Assembly (NCBI GenBank): GCA_964611355.1
Contig: CAZSYD010000001.1
Span: 66,745 to 130,744 of the forward strand
Source: an uncultured Ignavibacteriales bacterium
GTDB taxonomy: Bacteria; Zixibacteria; MSB-5A5; GN15; JAAZOE01
DNA length: 64,000 nt
Direction: 5' to 3'
Both the position numbers and the translations under genes were made by a program. The notes below the pieces were generated by a model that saw only the letters and a list, made by a program, of their open reading frames with translations, did not search any database and was not told where the DNA came from. Position 1 is the first letter of the stretch. Each line of letters opens with the position of its first letter. Positions 1 through 11,700 of the stretch are shown one piece after another.

Positions 1-2
1 AC

Positions 3-197
3 GCTTCGTGGAACAAATATATCCCAGGCGCCATTCTTATCGGACTGGGCGTCTTTTTCATCATCAGGGAGCATTACTGGTGGTGGCACATGGAACGTTT
101 CTGGCCATTGCTTCTGATTATCATCGGCCTGTTTTTTGTTTTCAGGGTTGGACAACGTCATCGAAAGGAGGAAACCAATGAGCCCGGCCAGGTTTAG
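3..197 (+). CDS. Partial (5'-truncated) membrane protein, LiaF/DUF5668-like C-terminus
   Basis: Frame 3 is open from the window edge: ASWNKYIPGAILIGLGVFFII...ERFWPLLLIIIGLFFVF...GQV*. The GxILIxLG...FWPLLLIIIG pattern is typical of LiaF-type TM domains. Confidence 0.7.
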   Translation, partial: ASWNKYIPGAILIGLGVFFIIREHYWWWHMERFWPLLLIIIGLFFVFRVGQRHRKEETNEPGQV

Positions 198-1077
198 ATG
201 GGGAATGCTTTTTATTCTGGTCGGCGTCCTCCTGTTTCTCAACAATATCGGCTGGCTGGAATGGTGGGTCTGGGGCGACATACTTTCGCTCTGGCCGCTT
301 TTGCTTATCGCCATCGGCGTGGAAAAGATATTTACCAAATCCAAATGGGAAGTTGTCTCTTATCTGTCAACGGTTGCCTTGGCTGCGGTAGTAATCTGGG
401 CGGCGTGGGGTGGTATGACCGATGATAGCTATTGGGGATCGTCGTCCGGTCGTTCAAGATACAAAATAGAACCGGATAAATCGATCCGAAAGATAACCGC
501 AGAATTTAATATGGACGACACCGATCTCTACATGAAAAAATCACGCGGCAATCTTTTTTCCTCCCGTTTTGGCGGGCTTCACAGAACCCCGAAGATTGAC
601 TATGATGTTGAGGATAATATCGCGCGAATCGAAGTTAAAGCCGGAAAACGCCGGAGCTTCTTCTTTGGCCAGCGGAGAGCCTCCGATGATCTTGACGCTT
701 ATTTGACCGATGAAATCCCGATCAGTCTCGCCTGCTCGGGCGACAAGTCGGATATGAAAATCGACTGCCGCGATATCCGGCTCGAAAAGCTGAGCGTCGA
801 TTCCCGCAGCGGCGATATCAGGATATTTGTCGGCCGATTACTCGAAAAGGTCCGTTTGAACCTTGAAGGCGAAGAAGCCGATTTCAGGCTTAATCTGCCG
901 CGAGATTGCGGCCTGCAGGTGTCGGGAGCCGAAAATGATATCGCCCGGTATCTGAAACGGATAGGTCTTAACCAATCGGGTAATTACTTTGTCAGTGAAA
1001 AGTATGACAGCTTGACGCCGCTGATTGAGCTTGACCTTGCGCCCGAAATTTCCCGGCTGGCGATTAATTATTATTAA
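178..1077 (+). CDS. DUF5668 (LiaF-like TM) plus DUF4097/LiaG-like beta-repeat envelope protein
   Basis: AGGAGG at 166-171, ATG 178. WGMLFILVGVLLFLNNIG...LWPLLLIAIG N-terminus followed by a beta-rich soluble domain. Confidence 0.7.
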   Translation: MSPARFRWGMLFILVGVLLFLNNIGWLEWWVWGDILSLWPLLLIAIGVEKIFTKSKWEVVSYLSTVALAAVVIWAAWGGMTDDSYWGSSSGRSRYKIEPDKSIRKITAEFNMDDTDLYMKKSRGNLFSSRFGGLHRTPKIDYDVEDNIARIEVKAGKRRSFFFGQRRASDDLDAYLTDEIPISLACSGDKSDMKIDCRDIRLEKLSVDSRSGDIRIFVGRLLEKVRLNLEGEEADFRLNLPRDCGLQVSGAENDIARYLKRIGLNQSGNYFVSEKYDSLTPLIELDLAPEISRLAINYY

Positions 1078-1098
1078 GACTAACGACAGGCGGTTATC

Positions 1099-1135
1099 AG
1101 CCCTCGGCCGGTTATCGGCTGAGGGTTTTATTTTT
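1099..1135 (+). terminator. Intrinsic terminator
   Basis: CCCTCGGCCG-gttat-CGGCTGAGGG stem followed by TTTTATTTTT. Confidence 0.7.
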
Positions 1136-1351
1136 CCGATAAGGGCAAAGAGCTTCAGGTATCTGTTTTTCATTGCCGATATTATGCAAAATAAACCTGT
1201 TCAATAATTATACACCCGTCTATCCGGGCGCTATTTGGAATACAGGTTACCGAAGTGGAACGCTTGTATTCGACTTTGCCTATATATTTCGATCCTGGCT
1301 GTAATCTATTGAAAATCAACGTGATATTTTCTTCCGGCGGGTACAAATAGC

Positions 1352-1379
1352 TTGACATCTGCAGGAAAAGGTTTATATT
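1352..1379 (+). promoter_or_regulatory. Putative sigma70 promoter for the giant secreted protein
   Basis: TTGACA-N16-TATATT in an AT-rich intergenic region. Confidence 0.45.
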
Positions 1380-1588
1380 TCGAGTGAAAAACAAATAAGG
1401 TTCCCACCATTTTTTCAGTATCCTTGCCGGCGGAGTATTTGGTCTGCATTTGTGCATATGGTATGCTATTGTAAAGGAGCAGGATTATAATATAGTTGTG
1501 TCAATGGGTATTCGCCGGAAAGGTTAACATCAACTGATTGATCCTGAAGCAAGCCAAGCATAGAAATATCTTTGGAGGTCCATTGCTT

Positions 1589-4500
1589 ATGCCGGGAAGC
1601 AGGTCCCTTTGGTATATAGTTGCTTTTCTGTTTTTAGCGGCGCCTCTGGCCGCGTACAATACCGGAACGCCGGGAACGGATTCATATTATCCTCCGGGAG
1701 ATACTCCGGCCGGGCCGCCGCCGAATTACAATCTTGTCGATCATAGTTACTTTGTCGGGGGACCGCCGTTCGGCGGCCTTACCCCTCGTGATGACGGCGG
1801 CTACTTTGTTTTCTATGATACCGGAAAAGAGCGCTGGTGCATTGTCAGCATTGTCTATGCCGGCGGATCCGTATTTGAACAGCTCCATGGCTCAATACTG
1901 GTGCAGATGGATGAGCAACCGGCTCTCGGCGAAAATGTCTGGCCAATAGGGTATGAGCTGTCTGATGACCTTCATAAAAACGACCGCTGGGGATGGGTGA
2001 AGTGGCCGGAAGAAATCGCGCCCAACCTGTACGAGATATGGTGGGATATAACTATCGATTATCCCCCTCTGGAAAACGAACAAGATCGGCAGGATACAAT
2101 TGGAATTTCATTTGGCGGATGCGCCTTTGATTTTAATATCTGGGCCACAGGTCATTTTGCTCCGTTTAGCGCCGACCAGATACTGGTCGGGCCGAATATG
2201 ACGCCGATAACCGAAATTTCCGGCTTCTCCGATACCTATGAAGGACTTTATGATCCGTATCAGGACGGTGTGTCGGCGCGCGATCCCAACACCAGCAGCT
2301 TCACTATCAAGGAACTCCCCGGCGCAGCCTATAATAAATATGGCCTGATTTCCCTCGGCGATGAATACGGCAACGCATATGGCGGCAGCCGCGCCTACGA
2401 GGGAAACGGGGTGCAGTTTTCAATATTCGCGTGCCCGCCCAATAATCCGCCAGAGTTCAATCCGCCTCTTGGCTACGTAAAAGATTTCTCCCTTTGCCCC
2501 GGATCGAGCATTTATGATACTATTATCGCCGTTGATCCCGACCCGGGTGATATCGTAACGTTGACCATTCTTTCCGGGCCGGGCACTCTGGTAACGGAAC
2601 CGGGCGAATCGCCGGTTTATGGATATTACTCGTGGACGCCGACCGAACCGGCCGTATATACCGTTGTTTTTAAGGCGACCGATTCGCATGGAGAAAGCGT
2701 TACGGATACGGCGACCTATGTTGTTATTCATAATCAACCCCCGGAATTGACGGCCAGCGATACTACTGTCTTTAGATGTTTCGGCTACGAAGAAGTATGC
2801 TACGGCGTTTCCGCTTATGATATCGAGGCCGATCCGGTGATTTTCAGTCTCCTTGAGGGTGTCGGCGCCATTGATCCCCAAACCGGTTCTTTATGCTTCA
2901 AACCCAATATAGCCGGTCAATACGATTTTGTCGTGGAGGCCGCCGATTCTTGCGGAGCCGACACGGCATCGTTTACGATTACCGTTGAGATCAATAACGA
3001 TCCCTATATCAATCGTTATGATTCGGTGGTTTTTCTGTGCGGTATTGAGGAAATCTGCTTTGAAGTGACCGCTTCCGATCCCGACGAAGAAGACAGCCTT
3101 GAGATTCGGCACTTCTCCGGCCCGGGGCTGTTTACGCAAACAGGAAACGGCATCGGAACTCACTGCTTTACGCCTGAAAATGTTGATTCCGCCCGATATG
3201 TCTTCCGATATACAGTTACTGACGAGTGCTGGCGAGAGAGGGCGAAATATCCCGATTGCCCGCCGGTGGCGAACGATTCAATTATCATTATAGTTATAAC
3301 TGATACTCCTCCGGAGATCGATTGTCCCGACGGTATCCGGTATATAAATCTCTGCCAGCCGGAAGATGTATGTTTATCGATTCCGATAAATCCGCCTGAT
3401 GCCGAAGTGACTATTCTCGAGGAAGGCGCGAGCTATACGAATGGTCAGTTGTGTTTCTATGCCGATCAGATCGGCGTTTATGCCTTTACCATGATCGCTT
3501 CGGGTGAATGCGGTTCCGATACCTGCGTGGTGACCTTTGACGTAAATATCGGTGTTGCTCCGGAGATCGATTGTCCCGACGGCATTCAATATATAAATCT
3601 CTGCCAGCCGGAAGATGTATGTTTATCGATTCCGATAAATCCGCCTGATGCCGAAGTGACTATTCTCGAGGAAGGCGCGAGCTATACGAATGGTCAGTTG
3701 TGTTTCTATGCCGATCAGATCGGCGTTTATGCCTTTACCATGATCGCTTCGGGTGAATGCGGTTCCGATACCTGCGTGGTGACCTTTGACGTCACGATTA
3801 ATCAGCCCCCGGAAGTAACCTGTCCCGGTAATCAAACTCTTTTTGTCTGTGACTTATCGCCGATAACGATTTCAGGTTTTGGTTGCAGTGATCCGGATGA
3901 TAATTTGACATCCTGTGAAGTTGATAGCGGTACCCTGAGCGGCGACGAGGTGACTTTCATACCTGTGGAAAGTGTAAATACTATCACTTTAACTGCGACC
4001 GACGAATGCGGCGCGACGGTTTCTTGTCAGACGGAAATCACAGTAGTTCTTAACAGTCCGCCCGAAATTACCTTCGGTGATTTCTCCAGCCCGATCTATC
4101 TTTGCGAATTGGAGGAAATCTGTATCCCGGTATCAGTCTATGATGTTGACGACAATCTGTTCAGCGTCAGGGGTGAAGGTGACTGCGGTGACGAGATATA
4201 TTTCAATGACGATGACAGCGCCATTTGCTNNNNNNNNNNNNNNNNNNNNNNNNNNNNNNNNNNNNNNNNNNNNNNNNNNNNNNNNNNNNNNNNNNNNNNN
4301 NNNNNNNNNNNNNNNNNNNNNNNNNNNNNGAAGGTGACTGCGGTGACGAGATATATTTCAATGACGATGACAGCGCCATTTGCTGGATGCCTGCCGGATT
4401 TGGAAGCTGCAACCTTCGGGCGATAGCCACCGATATCTGCGGCGAGGCCGATACCGTTGAAGCTGAAATTACTATTCTTGAAGCGCCGCAGCCCGATCCC

Positions 4501-6801
4501 CGCTGCCCCAATGATACCACCGTCACAGTTTGCGAACCCGGCCAGCTTTGTCTTGAAATCGGCGACGCCGGCAGCAACATCACGGTGCGTCCTGAATTTA
4601 TTATCTATAGCCCCGATTTGGGAACCATCTGTTATAATATCGACGGCGACCGCGTTGATACGATCACTATTATCGATTCAACCGCATGCGGCGTTGATTC
4701 GTGCTCTTTTATAGTAACCGCCGTGATGAACAGACCGCCTTTAATCATCAGTGAAGAAACCATCGAAGGCATATTCTGTCGGCCATACACTCATTGCGCC
4801 CGGGTAGAGGTCGGCGATCCCGATAATAATATTGAAAGGGTTGTCGTGATCGGCGACTGCCCGGAAGCGTATTATGATGCCGTAAATAAGCAGGTTTGTC
4901 TTGAGGTCGTCGAAGATATCGAGTGCACATTAACGATTATAGCTACTGACTCGTGCGGTGCATCGCGAAGTCGGGATATTCCGGTCCATATGCGCCGCAA
5001 TAAGCCTCCGGTCATTGATCTTCCGGAACTGGAAATGATCGCAAGGTGTGAATCCGATACTTCAACAGTGGTTGTCTATGATATATGCGTCAGCGATCCG
5101 GATTATGATGTGCTGGAGATGGCGCTTGATTCCGGTAACGGCGAGTTTGTCTTTGACCCGGTATCCAACTGCGGCGAGCTTTATTTCAAGCCGCCGACCA
5201 ATGATTCGGCCCGATATTGCTTCAAATTCAAAGCCACCGACGCCTGTGACACGGTTTTCGAGAACTTCTGTCTCGACGTTGTACCGACGCCGGTTTGTTC
5301 CACCTGCGTTGAGATTTCAATTGTCGGCCCCGGTTGCGTTTCTTCCGGTTCGATTCCGACGGTTGACGTTGTGGCCAACACCGAGAACAGCATCGGCGGT
5401 TTTGATCTTTTGATAACCTACGACGCCGCGGTACTGAATTTCGCCCGGGCCGATATCGGCGTGGCCATTGACCGTTGGGAATTCTTCACTTACCGCTATG
5501 GCGCCACGGGAAATTGCTCCGGCGAATGTCCTTCCGGTCTTCTGAGACTTACGTCAATCGCCGATATAAACAACGGTCCGCATTATCCGCCTGAGGAACA
5601 GCTGCGGCCTGATGGGGTGATCGCTTCCATGACTTTCCGGGTTTCGGGTAACCAGAACTATGGCGGGCACAACATACCGATCGGCTTCTTCTGGTTCGAC
5701 TGCGGCGATAACACTTTCTCCGACCCGACCGGCCAGTACCTGTTTATGGATCAGATTATCTACGGCCCGCGCGGAAATATCGTCTGGGATGAATTCAACG
5801 ACGCCGACTACCCGGAAGATGACCGGCCGCAGTGGATCGGCGCGCCCGATGAATGCCTGTCCGGAAATAAATACGAACCGATACGCTGCGTAACGTTCCA
5901 TAACGGCGAACTGTGCATCATCCATCCCGATTCCATCGACGACCGGGGCGATTTGAATCTCAACGGCATAAAGTATGAGATCGCCGATGCCGTCGTATAT
6001 TCGAACTACTTCATCTATGGATTATCAGCCTTTAATATTTCGATTCCGGGTCAGATTGCTGCTTCCGATATCAACGCCGACGGCACGACGCTTTCTATCG
6101 CCGACCTGATTTATTTGATTCGAGTTATTACCGGCGACGCCAATCCATACCCGAAACCTTTGCCCGGCGATAAAACGGTGGCTATCGATTGCATTGACGC
6201 GGGCGATAACGTCAGGGTAACAATTAATTCTGATTATGATATCGGGGCGGCGTTTATGATATTTGAATACGACGCAGTAAAACCGGGTGATCCGATACTT
6301 GCCGAAGGCGCCGGGGATATGGATCTGAAGTTTTCCTTTACCGACGATAACAAACTTCGGGTGCTGATCTGCAGCTTTGAGGCGGGGCGAAAGATCAACG
6401 CCGGGGCAGGCGATCTCCTTGAAATTCCGACTCCTGATGGCGGCGCGCTGAGATTGACCGAGGTTGATCTGGGTGATTACTACGGTCGCGTGCTGGGGAC
6501 GGTCATAAGCAGCCAGGTTCTGCCAAGGACGATGGAGTTGACGCAGAATTATCCCAACCCGTTCAACCCGTCAACGACCTTTGAACTGGCTCTGCCGACA
6601 GCTTCCGATTACGTGGTAACTATCTATAATATCATGGGCCAGACGATCAGGCAATGGTCCGGATATTCGCAACCGGGCTATATTACTTTTGAATGGAACG
6701 GCGCCGATAACAGGGGCGAGCGGGTGGCGTCAGGTATCTATTTCTACCGGGCCGTTGCCGCGGGCGGCACGGCGATTCGCAAGATGGCGCTTCTAAAATA
6801 A
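1589..6801 (+). CDS. Giant Cys-rich secreted protein: Ig/cadherin-like repeats, cohesin-like and dockerin-like modules, C-terminal FlgD-Ig/T9SS-CTD-like domain; interrupted by an assembly gap
   Basis: GGAGG upstream of ATG 1589 and a signal peptide. Repeated NxPP...ATDxCG units, IGGFDLLITYD (cohesin-like), RGDLNLNG...ASDINADG...IADLIYLI (dockerin-like), QNYPNPFNPST...ASGIYFYR. ORFs 1538-4426 and 4225-6801 join in frame if the 100 N and the 55-bp duplicate are removed. Confidence 0.8.
3309..3792 (+). repeat. Tandem in-frame duplication, period 249 bp (83 aa)
   Basis: 3309-3543 and 3558-3792 are nearly identical. The only differences seen are in ggtatccgg vs ggcattcaa. Confidence 0.95.
4175..4384. 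other. Scaffold gap (100 N, 4230-4329) flanked by an identical 55-bp sequence
   Basis: gaaggtgact...gccatttgct at 4175-4229 and 4330-4384. Confidence 0.95.
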
Positions 6802-6819
6802 ATTATCCCCTCCTCTTAC

Positions 6820-6856
6820 GAAGAAGCCTGCCGATAAGGCGGGCTTCTTCATTTTT
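6820..6856. terminator. Intrinsic terminator between convergent genes
   Basis: GAAGAAGCCTGCC-gataa-GGCGGGCTTCTTC followed by ATTTTT. Confidence 0.8.
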
Positions 6857-6875
6857 ACCCGGTTCGAAAAGTCAG

Positions 6876-7346
6876 TTACTTGTGATAGTTTCCCCCGGCG
6901 TTAAGATTGTATGCGCGATACAGCTGTTCCAGAAGCACTAACCTGACGATCTGATGTGACATGGTCAGAGGGGAGAGGCTTAGTCTCAAATCAGCTTTGT
7001 TTTTCAACGAATCGTCAAGCCCATACGGTCCGCCGATGATAAAATCAAGACGGGAAACGCCTGCGGCCTGCAATTTGCGCAGTTCCCCGGCAAAAGCCTC
7101 CGTGCCGAACAATCTGCCTTCGATATCGAGCGTGACAAGATAGACGCCTTTGAGGCGCGATTCGATTATTTTGGCTTCTCGGGCAAGCGATTTGGGAATA
7201 TCAGCCGAAGCCCCGTATTTGTCCTCCGGAACAGAGGTTATCTCCAGCCTGGCATATTTGCTCAGTAGTTTGCGGTAATGCTCGATCTGTTCGGTGATCC
7301 AGCGTTTCTTGTCGCGGCCGACGGTTATAATATGAATAGCGACCAT
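6876..7346 (-). CDS. rlmH: 23S rRNA (pseudouridine1915-N3)-methyltransferase
   Basis: FIIGGPYGL, LSLSPLTMSHQIVRLVLLEQLYRA, C-terminal YHK. Confidence 0.95.
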   Translation of the reverse strand: MVAIHIITVGRDKKRWITEQIEHYRKLLSKYARLEITSVPEDKYGASADIPKSLAREAKIIESRLKGVYLVTLDIEGRLFGTEAFAGELRKLQAAGVSRLDFIIGGPYGLDDSLKNKADLRLSLSPLTMSHQIVRLVLLEQLYRAYNLNAGGNYHK

Positions 7347-7745
7347 TTATCCCTCGATTGTCTTAATCCAGACATGCCGGTTGCGCGGGCCGTCGAACTC
7401 GCAGAAGTAGATACCCTGCCAGGTGCCGAGATTGAGCTTTCCCCCCGAAACGATTACGGTAACCGACGAACCCATCAGGCTGGCTTTGATATGCGCGGGA
7501 GAATTTCCTTCGCTGTGCCGGAAATCGCGCGACTGAGGCACTACTTTGTCCATCTGCATAATAATATCGCTCTGGACGCTCGGGTCGGCGTTTTCATTGA
7601 TCGTTATTCCGGCGGTGGTGTGAGGTACGAAGACAATAACCACTCCGTCGTCGATATTGGAGTTATTTACTGCTTTCTGCACATCCGACGTGATATCGAT
7701 AAACTGGCATTGCCCCGAGGTGGAAACATTAAATGATTCGTTCAT
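7347..7745 (-). CDS. yjbQ: YjbQ/UPF0047 family protein
   Basis: PHTTAGITINENADP, HSEGNSPAHIK, LGTWQGIYFCEFDGPR. Confidence 0.93.
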   Translation of the reverse strand: MNESFNVSTSGQCQFIDITSDVQKAVNNSNIDDGVVIVFVPHTTAGITINENADPSVQSDIIMQMDKVVPQSRDFRHSEGNSPAHIKASLMGSSVTVIVSGGKLNLGTWQGIYFCEFDGPRNRHVWIKTIEG

Positions 7746-7853
7746 ATTTCAACATTCCGGTTATAGTTATTGTATTTTTATGAAAGTATTACGGAATCAG
7801 GGTAATCGCAAGGGGAATATATCCTGCCATGGTGCAAAGGAGAAACAGGAAGA

Positions 7854-8774
7854 TCACTCGAACAACGCTTCGACAAAGGTCTCAGCGTTGAACGGTTTGA
7901 GATCGTCGATCGTTTCACCGAGTCCGATAAAGTCGATCGGCACCGACATCTCCTCGGCAATAGCGATCACCACGCCACCTTTGGCCGTTCCGTCCAGTTT
8001 GGTGACAAGAAGGCCGTCGATAAGGCCGACCGCATCGGTGAACAGTTTCACTTGAGACAGGGCGTTCTGCCCGGTGGTGCCGTCCAGCACCAACTTTGGC
8101 TTGATTGATTCTTCCGGGACGACCTTGGCCAGAACGCGCCGGATTTTTTTGAGTTCTTCCATTAAATTCGACCTGGTGTGGATCCGGCCGGCGGTATCAA
8201 TGAGGAGAATATCTATACCTCGGGCTTTGGCGGCGCTGGCGGCATCAAAGGCGACTGCGGCCGGGTCGGAACCGTCTTTGGCCCGGATGAAATCGACGCC
8301 CGACCTGTCGGCCCAAACGGCCAGTTGATCGACCGCCGCCGCCCGGAACGTATCGCAGGCGGCGATCATCGTCTTTTTGCCCTGTTCGCGGAAAAGCTTC
8401 GCCAGTTTGCCGATAGAAGTCGTTTTACCGGTGCCGTTGACACCCATAATAAGCCATACCGCCGGGCCGTTGAAGGAATCAATTACAGCCGGATTGTAAT
8501 CGGTCTTGACGATTTCGGTTATTTCTTGCTTCAGAATCGCCATGACTTCGTTCGGGTCTTTTATATTTTCGCGAGCGACGGTTTCTTTGAGATTTTCGGC
8601 AATTTTCAAACTGGCCGAGACGCCGACGTCGCCCTGGATCAGGATTTCCTCGATCCGGTCAAGCAGATCGTCGTCAACTCGGGTGGCCGCGCCGACTGCC
8701 TGACGGACTTTGCCGACCAGATTGTCCCTGGTTCTGGATAGCCCTTCCTTGAAATTTTTCAGGAACTTGAGCAT
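7854..8774 (-). CDS. ftsY: SRP receptor FtsY (short form, NG domain only)
   Basis: GVNGTGKTT, DTFRAAA, DTAGR, TKLDGTAKGG. Confidence 0.97.
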   Translation of the reverse strand: MLKFLKNFKEGLSRTRDNLVGKVRQAVGAATRVDDDLLDRIEEILIQGDVGVSASLKIAENLKETVARENIKDPNEVMAILKQEITEIVKTDYNPAVIDSFNGPAVWLIMGVNGTGKTTSIGKLAKLFREQGKKTMIAACDTFRAAAVDQLAVWADRSGVDFIRAKDGSDPAAVAFDAASAAKARGIDILLIDTAGRIHTRSNLMEELKKIRRVLAKVVPEESIKPKLVLDGTTGQNALSQVKLFTDAVGLIDGLLVTKLDGTAKGGVVIAIAEEMSVPIDFIGLGETIDDLKPFNAETFVEALFE

Positions 8775-11700
8775 CAGCCTGTCTGCGTCATCTTATCGTC
8801 GTGCGCGTAATGCCCGTCGATGAGGGATTCGGCGTCATCAATCTCGTCGCCTTTTCTGAACCGAACTGAGACAACCTTGCTGACGCCCGGTTCTTCCATG
8901 GTGACGCCGTAGAGAGTATCGGCCGCCTCCATGGTGATCTTGTTATGGGTAATGATAATAAACTGGGTCTGTTGTGAGAATTTTTTGACGATCCTCAGAA
9001 ATCGGCGGACATTAACGTCATCCAAAGGCGCGTCGATCTCATCGAGGAAGCAAAACGGCGACGGCTTGACCATATAAAGCGCGAAAAGAAGCGAGATGGC
9101 TGTCAGAGCCCGCTCGCCGCCGGACAACTGGGCGATGGTCAGCGGCTTTTTGCCGCGGGGGCGGGAGATAATATCCATAGGCGATTCGAGCGGGTCGGAC
9201 GGGTCTTCAAGGATAACGTCTGCTTCGCCGTCGGCAAACAGTTCCTCGTACATCTGTTTGAAATTCTCCCGGGCCTTATCCAATGTGTCAAGGAACATCG
9301 TTTTAGCGGTCTGGTTGATTTTCTGTATGGTGACTTTCAGCGTTCTCCTGGCTTCGATCAGGTCGTCAAGCTGTTTTGAAAGGAATTCCTGCCGCTGTTT
9401 TTGCTCTTCGTATTCCTCCAGCGCCAGCAGGTTAACGATACCCATCCTGTGGAGTTTGTTGCGTAGTTCCTCCACGCGTGCCTGAGCCTGCTCATCGGAA
9501 AGCTCAGGTTTGGGCGACTCGATCTCCAGGTCGGCGATTTCCATATCGTATTCGTTGCGGATTTGTTCTTCGATTTGTTGAATTTTGGATTTAATCTCGG
9601 TAAGCGATATTTCCGCGCGGTGCGTTTCTTCAGCGATCTGCTCCTTTTCTTTGCGCAGGTTTTTCACCTGTTGCTCCAAGTCATTGATGGTTCCGTTTAA
9701 CCGGTCATGTCGTTGGTGAAGCTCCTTCTGAGCGGCGCTTTCTTCCTGCCTTTGATCGAACAGTTCCTTCAGCCGGATTTCGTCATCTTGCGTTTGCCGG
9801 GTCAGCTCGCCGCCGACAGTCTCCGCTTCAGTGGTCTGTTGTTTTCTTTGTTCGATATTGGCGGCGATATCCGAAAGCATCTCGTCAAAATGCGCAAGTT
9901 GCGACAAGAGCTGCGACCTTTTGCTTTCCATCTCAATCCTGGCGACCTGTAGATGATTGACTTCTTCAGCCGCTCCGTGAGCCGCCTGCTCCAGTTCCTC
10001 CAGTTGCCTTTTTCTCGATTGCACCAGGCCGTCGATGTCGGCCTTTTCGCGGCCAAGCCGTCCGAAATCAAGCGTTAGCGTGTTCCGGCGAGATTTGAGC
10101 TTTTCCACTTTCTGCGAATGCTGGTCAACCTGCCTGTCGATGCTTGTGATGACTTCATCTGCGGCGTTAATTTTGAACTGTTCCTCTTTCAGACGGGAGG
10201 TCAGTTCGGCTATCTCGTCCTTATCATCTTCCAGCTTTTGTTTCAGTTGCGATAGTGTCTGCCGGAACTCGCCGATCTTGAGTGTCGCTTCGGCCTGTTT
10301 GTTGTTGATGTGTCCGATCTGCCGGTTCAAATCGTCCAGTTTTTGTTCCAGCGATTTGATCTCTTCCCGGCGGCCGATAGGAGACATTTCTTCCGAAACC
10401 CCGCCGGTCAAAAGCCCGTCATTGGAATAAAGCTCGCCATCGATCGTTGCCGCTCGGTAACCCGAAGGCAGTTGTTCCAGCAACCGGTAGGCAACCTCGT
10501 TGTTTTTGCAGACCACGGTTTCGCCCAGCAGAGTGGAGGGAACGCGCTGATAGCGGTCATCGCAATCGACAAGAGAATCGGCCCAGCCAACGACGTCCGG
10601 GATGTCGGGCAATTCCGGTCGCGATGCCGGGTTGGTCAACTTGTCCAGAATCAAAAAGGTGGCGCGCCCCGCTTTTTCCTGCCTCAGGACATTGATCGCC
10701 TCTTGGGCGGTACTCTGGTTCCGACAGAGGATATATTGCGCGGCCTCACCCAGAGCGGCTTCGATGGATGCCCGATAACCTTCATGGGGATGAATAAAGT
10801 CGGCTACGGCGCCGGTGATATCAACCCAGCGGCCGGCCATTTCAAAAACCGCCGCCACGCCGTTGCCATATCCCTCGTAATGCCTGACCATTTCGGCCAG
10901 GAGGCTTTTCCGGGCGAGGGTGGCTTCATAGCTTGACGAGAGTTCGGCCAGATTGTCGCGCAGCCGATCGGCGCGGATTAGGATTTCATTCAGTTCTTTT
11001 TCTTTCGAGGTAATTGACTCTTCATCGGCGGACAACTCGGTTTTGGCGGCGTCAACCTGTTTCTGCAGGGAATCAATCTTTCGGCGCCTGAGGCTTTTTT
11101 CTTCAATTAGACCGCCTCGGTGCTGATTGTGTTGCTCTATCTCGTTTTGCAGGTCACGAACCTGCTCATCGATATTGGCGGAGTCGGTGCGGCCCGAGGA
11201 AATCTTTCCCTCCAAATCGATAAGTTTTGAGCTTTCATCGTCGGCGATTGAGCGAAACTGCAGGTATGCGTCGTCGGATGTCTTCTGCCCGGCCAGCGAT
11301 TGTTCAAGTTCGACGGATATCTTGTCTAATTCATCGACCAGTTGCTCAAGGTCGTCCTGACATTTGGTTTTATCCTCCCGGATAATCTCAGCCCGTTTGT
11401 TCAGGGCGTCGATTTCGCCGCGATTGCGGGCCGATGATTTTTCCAGGTTTTCTTTCTTTTCCCGATTGACCGAGATATCGGTTTCGAGCTTGTGTCCCGT
11501 TTCCGACAATTCATATACTTTTTTGGAGCTCTCGGATATATCGTGGTCCAGACCGATTAGCATCCGGCGCATTTCTTCCAATTCGGTAAAACGGCCATCC
11601 AGTTGCGTTTCCCGGGATAGTTTCTTATCGCCGAAAGACTTGATTATTTCGGCCAACTCATTCCCGCGGTCACGCCACCCGGCGTATCTTGTGCGGGCGT

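Noticed and set aside
4230..4426. Pseudogene or programmed frameshift in the giant protein
   Set aside because: The frame change is fully explained by the N gap plus the 55-bp duplicate.
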